From NCBI GenBank assembly GCA_000320545.1, contig ADNK01001191.1, positions 1-64,000 on the forward strand: a DNA stretch of 64,000 nt. Direction: 5' to 3'. Under the pieces are notes generated by a model, which was given only the letters and a program-made list of their open reading frames with translations, did not search any database and had not been told where the DNA came from. This document shows, piece after piece, positions 55,994-64,000 of the stretch (the first letter of the stretch is position 1; each line of letters begins with the position of its first letter). The position numbers were made by a program, and so were the translations under genes. The DNA is from Bigelowiella natans CCMP2755. Taxonomy: Eukaryota; Protista; Cercozoa.

Positions 55994-56030
<37 letters not shown>

Positions 56031-56718
56031 TCAAACACACCTATATGTATTATATTACAACATATAATATTATATTATTTTAATAATTTAGACTTTTTTT
56101 CAAAAAAAAGAAAAAATGATTCCCCCTGGTCCATGTACCCCTTGTAGAGAGGGGTAAGATGATCTGAGAAGTGCTGCTATTCCCTCCTCCTGCCCTCTCC
56201 GCCAGGCATATGCTGGTGCTACTCGGCTTCGTCATCGCTGCTGGCGTCGCAATGTACGTCTGGAGCCAGCAGCAGGACGTCGATGATTCTGCTCTGTCTT
56301 CTTCCAACACAGCAGCAGCGGCAGCAGCAGCAGCAGCAGCAGCAGAGTCCAAGCCAGGGCAGAGGATCTTCTCCTTCACGACGTTACGCAAAATCGCCAG
56401 CGGCTACATCTTCATCTCCCTCATTTCGGAGCTGAACCGCGGATATGCAACAGCGTTCGGCCTGAACACGGCCGAGCCTGTCTACGCGCAGGGTTTCACA
56501 CACCTGGCGGCGGTATTTGTGCGGTGCGTTGTGTTCGGCGGCGTGCTTGGTCTCGGCGGGGCCCTGCTCTGGGCGCTGCCCTTCCGCAGGCTTCAGTCGC
56601 TCAGTCGCCCAACGAGGGGGGGCAGGCTTCTGGCTGCGGGTACTTCGGGGAGGGATAATAGATGAGAATTGTGAAGACGATGATGATTATGGTGAGGAGG
56701 GGGAAGGGGGAGAGAGGA

Positions 56719-56765
<47 letters not shown>

Positions 56766-56766
56766 G

Positions 56767-56797
<31 letters not shown>

Positions 56798-58122
56798 TAA
56801 ATTCATCTTATTACCAGGACTCGGTGGGTCGCTACGCGCTTCCCTATGGTTCCTGTCGTCCCCGCGTTACTTCGGAAGCCTCCACAGCATTCAAATGGAT
56901 GCTAGAAGTCTCCGTTGTGCTATTCCCTTCCTCGAGATCCTCGGAAGGGGTGTCATCATCTACCTGATCTCCAGCTGCTTCTCCCTCCTAAGCCAGGCGT
57001 TGGTTCTGCGCGTCGATCACCGGAGGGGTTCAGCCGCGGGGGGGGGGGTGTGGATGTGGATCCGGCCATTCTGGTGCACTGCGCTCGTGGTGGTTCTTTC
57101 GTTTGTCACCGCAGGTGCGATGTTGGCTGCTATAGTAAATACACCTCTGCAGTAGTGTAAAGAGCTAGCACCAAAGACCCAGAAACAAAACAACTGGGGA
57201 GAATATGTTGTCTTTCCTTCTTCGCCCCCCCCCCCCCCCCCCACATTTTTTCTAAAACTGTTCCCTCCCGAAATCAGGTACGACAGGGGCGTTGACACCC
57301 GAATCGTCCTTTGTAAGTCTCGATCACTTCTCAGCTGCTGCTGTAGTCACTGCCGCGTTCTTCTATTTCGGTACGACGATTCTTTCCGACTTCGAAAGAT
57401 GTTGCATGTGGAGAGCAATAGTATTCAGTGAGTTTTTGTCGCTCTCGGAGAAAAATCATATTATGCGTCCCTGCTCCGGCATAATTTCATTTCCTGCTAA
57501 GAGCATATCTGCACTGCTGCCTTTGGCCACACGAAGACTGAGAGGAAGATACAAGCACTTCGGATTTTATCGTGCAGTTTTTGTCCTAGCGAAACACTTT
57601 CAGCTTTATTTGCATTCTCGTATTTATTGAAATTAGCACCCAAAGTAGTTCTTCCAATAGAGACACTGTTAAATCATATCTCGTGTCCTCGTGCACTGAC
57701 GACAGGCTATAGCTCTCTGTTCCAATTCCACTCGCAATTGGTTCCTGTTATGGTCGCGGGATACCTCTCCTCTGAGACCCTCCGCCAGATTGTTATTACA
57801 TGTAATAATACGGGATTTTGAAGGAAGAGGAGGATGATATACGAATAAATATTTTACATGAGCTATAATGTGGTGTGCGTGCGTGTGCGCGTGAGGGGGG
57901 GGGGGGAGAGAGAGAGAGAGAGAGAAAGAGAAGTGGGGATAGAGATATGATTGATATGAATTAAACATTCCAGATCGGGCTGCTGGTGTCGCAGGGATCA
58001 AACCGTTACAAGAGCAACCGTATAATCTAATGCTTTGCGGGCACTTCACCGTGTTTTGCCTGACATGGATTCTCGCCTTGCGCCTCGAGAGAAGTTTGAT
58101 TCCAGTCGCTATCTCTCAATAG
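49935..58122 (+). CDS. Large multi-pass CPBP (CAAX protease type II/Abi) family intramembrane glutamic protease
   Basis: CPBP motifs AGFWEEALFR, IFGAGHANY and MHVVYD. N-terminal TM helix followed by AFPVVSLELKADR, two soluble regions each ending in K-V-P-x-x-[FW]-x-R, and many TM exons. The last exon ends ...LIPVAISQ* at 58122. Confidence 0.85.
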
Positions 58123-58199
58123 CCTAGAAACTTTCGATGCGGGAATCATTATGTGCGATGTGGCGAGCTATGAAAAGCATTAGGGAATAACACAAGATT

Positions 58200-58950
58200 T
58201 CGGTCGGCAGGTTATTGTGTGTGCAAGATAATGCTAGAATGAAGAAAGTATGTATGCATCATGCCGAAACTCACTCGCTCGTCAGATGCGGTCAATGTGT
58301 TGGGAACATATAAACTCTACACAACTTCGCTAATAAGCACCTGCACGGCTAGATGGCATGGAATAAAACAACAGCAACGCGTTTATGCCTCTGATTTTCG
58401 CTAGGGTGTAATGGTGGCTGCCTCGGATGCATGCTCCGTCATTCATACGTATCGTATACGCAACTTTAATGTGACATTGCTAGATTGGGCGTGCAGTGCA
58501 CCCTACTAGCTAGTTTGCATCGCTGGCCACCTGTTGCGAGGTATTGCATCGAGTGCGCACAGCTCGTCGTCTGCTAGCTAGCACGTGAACAAGTACATAT
58601 CTAGATATGTTGGCTTATCTAGTCATATCCACAGATAGACGATCGACACTGCAAGTACTAAAGTAATGCTAGCAGCACTAGCTAGCTAGCGAGCAATCCT
58701 AGAATAATAATAAAAAGCGCGTGCAAACTTGACACAATTAGAAGAATAGCTAGGATAGCTTCGCTTGCGTGCTAGCGTGGCTAGGTGGGCACGCTGCGTG
58801 CATATAGCTACGACACGCAAGCTACTCTAGTACTAACCTCTACTACTAAAAAATTTCATGCAAATGCTGTGTGTGCATCGAATCATCATCGTGATTATTA
58901 TTGTATGCGGGCCATGCATGTGGTTATTTATACATTGAATTATATGCTTT
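58200..58950. repeat. CTAG/CATG-rich intergenic island between convergent genes (weaker signal)
   Basis: Repeated GCTAGC/GCATGC; no convincing ORF. Confidence 0.45.
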
Positions 58951-59028
58951 TAAGTGGATTTTGCCCATCTCCTACTCTATTACTCTAGAACTATCGTGAT
59001 GATGCGAGGTATCATTGTATATTTGTGC

Positions 59029-59965
59029 TCACACAGATGCAGCTTCAGCGTGTTTTAAAGCGCTGTCGTGAGCGTGCATAATGTGGTCTACGATCTCTTC
59101 GACGCCGTCGCCATGCTTCACTGATGCGAAGACTGTCGGCCCTTCATCGCGCATCAGCTTTGCGTCGCGATCCATGATGGCGAGATCGGCACCCACTGCC
59201 TCCGATAGATCAATCTTGTTGATGATGAGCACATCCGATTGCGTAATGCCAGGGCCGCCTTTCCGTGGAACCTTGTCGCCTCCAGCCACATCGATGACGT
59301 AGAGCGTCATGTCTGCAAGCTCCCGTGAGAAGTTGGCTGCGAGGTTGTCCCCTCCTGACTCGCACAACAGCAAAGTTGGGCTTGGGTCAAGGGACAGCGT
59401 GAGTTGGGTAAGCGCGGCGACGTTTCCCGATACATCCTCTCGAATCGCAGCGTGCGGGCATCCCCCAGTTTCCACCGCGCGAATCCTCTCAGCCGGAAGA
59501 ACATCGTGCTTCGTCAAGAATTCAGCGTCTTCCCGGGTGAAAATGTCGTTGGTGACCACAGCTATCGATAGACGGTCTCGAAGTGATAAGCAGAGTTTCC
59601 GAACAAGGGCGGTCTTTCCAGAACCGACCGGCCCACCAATGCCGACGGTGAATGCGCGCTTCTTGAAGTCGCGGCCTTTGTCAAAGAGATACAGCGGGGA
59701 ATCACGCTCCGAGAATACACCCGGCGTTTCCTCGCCATGCGAATGCCCACCATGCCAGCGTTTCCCGTCGATTGCGGTAAAAACTGATGCGCCATAGATT
59801 TACAAAAAGTCAGCTGTTGCGTAAGGCTACACCATTTCGTTGTCCTTACTTGTAACGAAAGTTGCTTCATCATGTACAGACATGATTGGATATACCTTTA
59901 GAGGAAGAGGAGGAGGAGGTGATGTGCATGGCCCGAAGGCCAGTCCGGAGACTCTTCAGAAACAT
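59029..59965 (-). CDS. ureG: Urease accessory GTPase UreG
   Basis: The frame extends upstream of the listed ORF: [12 protein letters not shown]...[17 protein letters not shown] (P-loop), [54 protein letters not shown]. Acceptor near 59785; tentative first exon from ATG 59965. Confidence 0.96.
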
Positions 59966-60331
59966 ACCTCGAGATATGATTATATCAAACATAATTCCTT
60001 GAATTTATACACCACAAACTACGAGTGATTTTTTAATCATACAGGAAGACTCATTGTCGTAAAGCATAAAATACAATCCATTTCCAGTCCAGCAAATCCG
60101 TTTGGAGGCTTTGGAAAATCTGTTCTTTTTCAGGTGTTAGCTCCTTAGAAGTGGAGAAGGAAGTGGCAACTGTGCCTTTAAGCCAAAGGCCCTTTGTCCA
60201 TTTTCCGTAAAACAGGAATAGTTTGATTGTCGTAGGTGAAAAACATAAGAGAAAACTGCTCAGGTTGGAGTATACTCGAGTATACTCCCAAGCAGATATA
60301 TCTATCGTGCACTTCCCACGACGAAAAGCAA
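59966..60331. promoter_or_regulatory. Probable bidirectional ureG/urease promoter with a perfect 22-bp palindrome at 60267-60288
   Basis: ~370 bp between divergent starts; GGAGTATACTCGAGTATACTCC is its own reverse complement. Confidence 0.55.
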
Positions 60332-61934
60332 ATGATGCTTCGCGTACGGCCCCGAGCCCCTCAGAACCTCTGGACGAGGGTGGTTGACAGTAAGCGCATA
60401 CAAAGGTGATAATAAAATATTACAGTTGCTATGAGGTGGAACTTTGTCTCCCGAAAGTTTATTACCTCGGCCATGTGGTACGCAGACGAAGGTTGCATCT
60501 ATCTCCACGTGAACTAGACCACCTTCGATTGGCCGGTGCAGGCCAGATGGCTCAACGACGACTTGCTCGTGGAGTAAAGCTCAATCATCCAGAAGCAGTA
60601 TGTGGATTTTTATGTCGCTATTGTTAGATTTGTAATCATGGTGGAACGTATACACAGGTCGCGCTCATTGCCTCTCAGCTTATGGAACGTATCCGCGATG
60701 GTGACGACTACGTTACTTTAATGGGCAAGGGAAAACAAATGCTCGGTCATAATCAGGTTGTTTATATCATCTAACTGTCAGGTTCCTGACGTTCTAACCC
60801 TTTGCACGCCCCCCCCCCCCCCCCTCTCTTGCTCCTCTCTCCAAAAGGTGATGCCAGGAGTTGCGTCGATGATCAAGGAGATTCAAATAGAGGCGACATT
60901 TCCTGACGGAACGAAGTTGCTCACCATTCACGACCCCATCTCAAGCGAGAACGGCGATCTAGCCGAGGCGCTTGAGGGCTCCTTTCTACCAGTTCCAGAC
61001 GTGAACCTCTTCGATACCAGCGAAGCTGATCAGAAGGGGTATCCTCCTGGAAAGATGCTACCAGATCAGGATTCCAAAGGAATCGAGATCAACCAGGTAG
61101 AAGGGAAGCTCTTCAAGTTAAGGGTGGGGGGGAAGGGATGTAATCTTGGCATAGTTAGTTTTGTTAATCTACTCCTCAAGCACCTTCACCGTGTAGAAAA
61201 CAAGTTTAGCTTTGTTTCGTAGGCCGTATCATGCATGGGTAGGACGATGTTTTTATCGAGATGATAATAAATGACTACTACTACTGCTACTACTACTACA
61301 ACTACTGCTACTACTACTACAACTACTGCTACTACTACTGCAATAGGGTCGTGCACTGGTGACGGCCAAGGTGACAAACATGGGCGACAGGCCTATCCAA
61401 GTCGGCTCACATTATCACTTCATTGAGACGAACAAAATGCTCAAGTTCAATCGGTAAGCAACACGCTGGCAAACTCTGCTTGTTTTGTGACACCATTTGT
61501 GCGTCTGCACGTTGCTGCTGCTGCCTACCTACCTACTCAACAGAGAGCTTGCTTATGGACGGAGGCTAAATATCCCTTCTGGCTCCTCGGTGCGATTCGA
61601 GCCAGGAGAATCAAAAGTGGTCAGTGCGAACGATTGACCCTAAACAATGGTCATCAAAAGCGCAGCAGAGCGATATTTTACGAACGAACTGATCAGAGAA
61701 GATGTCACACTCTTTGGCCACACATCCTTTTTGAAGAGAAATCATCTCGAATTTTCCCTGGGTCGTCGTCGTTGAGACTTCCTATAAAAAGGGAACTTAT
61801 GCCCACTTTTGTGGTGGAATAAGTAGAAAATAGGCCATCAAACCTTTGTTTCGGCCTCCTATGACTTTACAATAGACACACAGAATATGTATATATACTA
61901 AATATATAGCATATATACCTATTCAATAGACACG

Positions 61935-61974
<40 letters not shown>

Positions 61975-62296
61975 GTTATAACATATAACAATGCATCCAT
62001 ATTGGTGCTAGGTGACTCTCGTCGACGTCGCAGGGAAGAGGCGCGTCGTATCAGGTTGAAGGAAGAGACTAAAGGAGAGGGGGGCGAGAGGAAAAAAGAA
62101 TTGACGACAAATATTACTGGGAGAGAGGAGATATGGATAGGATATCATGTGATAATACGAGTGATTGTTGTGGCGACCCATAAAATATGATCATCATTGT
62201 GTAGCAGCAGCATATCACACATACGCCATTATTCCAGGCAATCGGTTGACTGATGGTGTTGCATCTCCCGAGCGTCTTCCAGAAGTAATATCTTGC

Positions 62297-62338
<42 letters not shown>

Positions 62339-62636
62339 ACACACACACACACACACCACACACACACACACACACGTACACTGCGCAAAGATCTGATGAG
62401 TAGTCACTTTGCCTTATCCATACATCATCATTGCTGTTGAATCTCCATCCTTGGGATGATGATGATGATGATGAGGTGATATATGTTGGTCGTTGTAGGT
62501 TATGGCGAAGGTCCAAGCACAAGGGTTTCAGCATGATGCTGACGAGCAGGCAGGAAAAGGTTACTTCTTGGCACGGCACAAAAGCAGTAGCTGAACCAGA
62601 TACCACACCGACGATGGCGAATTCTACAGACACACG

Positions 62637-62673
<37 letters not shown>

Positions 62674-62955
62674 ACTCACCCACGCGCGTATTTATGAATA
62701 TGTTTATGGCAGGAACTCCGATGACGCTGTCACGAGGCGACTACTGCAGCCTCTACGGCCCAACGACTAACGATCGCGTGGTCCTTGGTAACACCGACCT
62801 CATCATTAAGGTGAGGAGGGGGACTGCTCCTGCTGCTGCTACTGCTGCTACTGCTGCTACTGCTGCTACTGCTGCTGCTGTTGACGACCCGTATCGACCA
62901 ACGCATGATGATCTAGCACAACGATGATGACAACATGAGAGTTATACTTCTACTT

Positions 62956-62989
<34 letters not shown>

Positions 62990-63597
62990 CAAAGTGAGTG
63001 TCAGAAGTATGGTGTTTGTTACACACACGCACACACACACACACATACACCACACACACTTACTCACTCACACGCACACAGCACGCACGCTCCGCAGAGT
63101 AAGAGAGAGAAGATTTTTTAGAGTTGGGGAGAGCTCCAAACAATCGCACAGTATTCAACCACAATAACAGCAGCAGCAGCAGCAACAAAACAACTGAACT
63201 GGTAGGTTGAGAAGGACATGACATCGTACGGCGACGAGTGCAAGTTTGGAGGTGGAAAGACATTGCGAGAGGGAATGGGGCAAATGACAGGATGTGACGC
63301 CGATTCTGCTCTTGATACTGTCATCACAAATGCGCTCATTCTCGACGCCAAGACAGGTATGTTCCGTGGAGGAGGAGTTGGGAAGGGGTGGGTGGGGAAA
63401 GAGGAGGAGGAGGAGGAGGAGGAGGAAGAGGAGGAGTAGGCGAACTGAGAAGTAATTATATTTTCATTTAGGGGTTTATAACGAATCTCTTTTTGTTTGT
63501 GTTTGTGACAGGAATTGTGAAGGCAGACATCGGAATCAAGAACGGTAGTACGTCGTAGCCATACAACGACGAGCTGTTTCTTGGTGAACGGGAGTCT

Positions 63598-63630
<33 letters not shown>

Positions 63631-63886
63631 CAGTGGTAGCTAGATAGCTCGCTGACGTGTATTTATGCCTCTGTTCAGCGTCATCACCAGCATTATATCA
63701 TCATCATTATTGCATCGTCGTGATCATCATCCCTGCTACTCCTTCTACACTATTACTCCTGATAGGGCGCATTGTCGGTATTGGCAAGGCTGGAAATCCC
63801 GACGTTATGGAGGGAGTCTCGCCCAACATGATCACGGGTGTTACCACGGAGGTCATCGCCGGCGAAAAACTTATTGCGACAGCAGG
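60332..63886 (+). CDS. URE: Urease, eukaryotic single-chain gamma-beta-alpha fusion; 3' part continues beyond the window
   Basis: Gamma: [27 protein letters not shown]|[25 protein letters not shown]. Beta: [41 protein letters not shown]. Alpha: [65 protein letters not shown]. All joined by GT-AG introns. Confidence 0.97.
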
Positions 63887-64000
63887 TTTGAAGAGGAGGA
63901 AGAGGGGCGAGGGTTGGGGAGGGGGGGGGGGGAGATAGCTTGGGGAGCTCGGTACAAATCGCAACATCATGCAACATCATGAGCAAAGCTATTGCTTTTA

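Noticed and set aside
59562-59873. Apparent frameshift or pseudogenisation of the ureG 5' end
   Set aside because: The UreG frame is open up to an AG acceptor near 59785; an intron explains the break.

Overview
Eukaryotic nuclear DNA with many short GT-AG introns, most carrying (TA)n, (CA)n, (GA)n or trinucleotide microsatellites. The style suggests a protist or alga, possibly a chlorarachniophyte/rhizarian, but this is inference. I assembled exons by eye into ten genes, most invisible or fragmented in the ORF track: a partial RRM-containing gene (-); a D-I-x-G-A / P-L-x-P-x-Y repeat protein (+); a two-domain retropepsin-like aspartyl protease (-); a ~21 kb VPS13-family gene starting at the Chorein-N exon at 14359 (+); a bacterial-type (DUF2263/TIGR02452) PARG-like macrodomain (-); AIP1/WDR1 (-); an ATP-dependent RNA ligase with a long N-terminal extension (+); a large CPBP/Abi intramembrane protease (+); and a head-to-head ureG (-) / fused urease (+, truncated by the window end) pair. 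Eight of the ten genes form divergent pairs. The most unusual signal is non-coding. Intergenic islands are almost free of TpA except within CTAG and hold decayed duplicated sequence, including an inverted copy of a PARG exon with TA->CA/TG changes. This suggests a context-specific, possibly repeat-targeted mutation process. Exon boundaries and start codons are manual and approximate.
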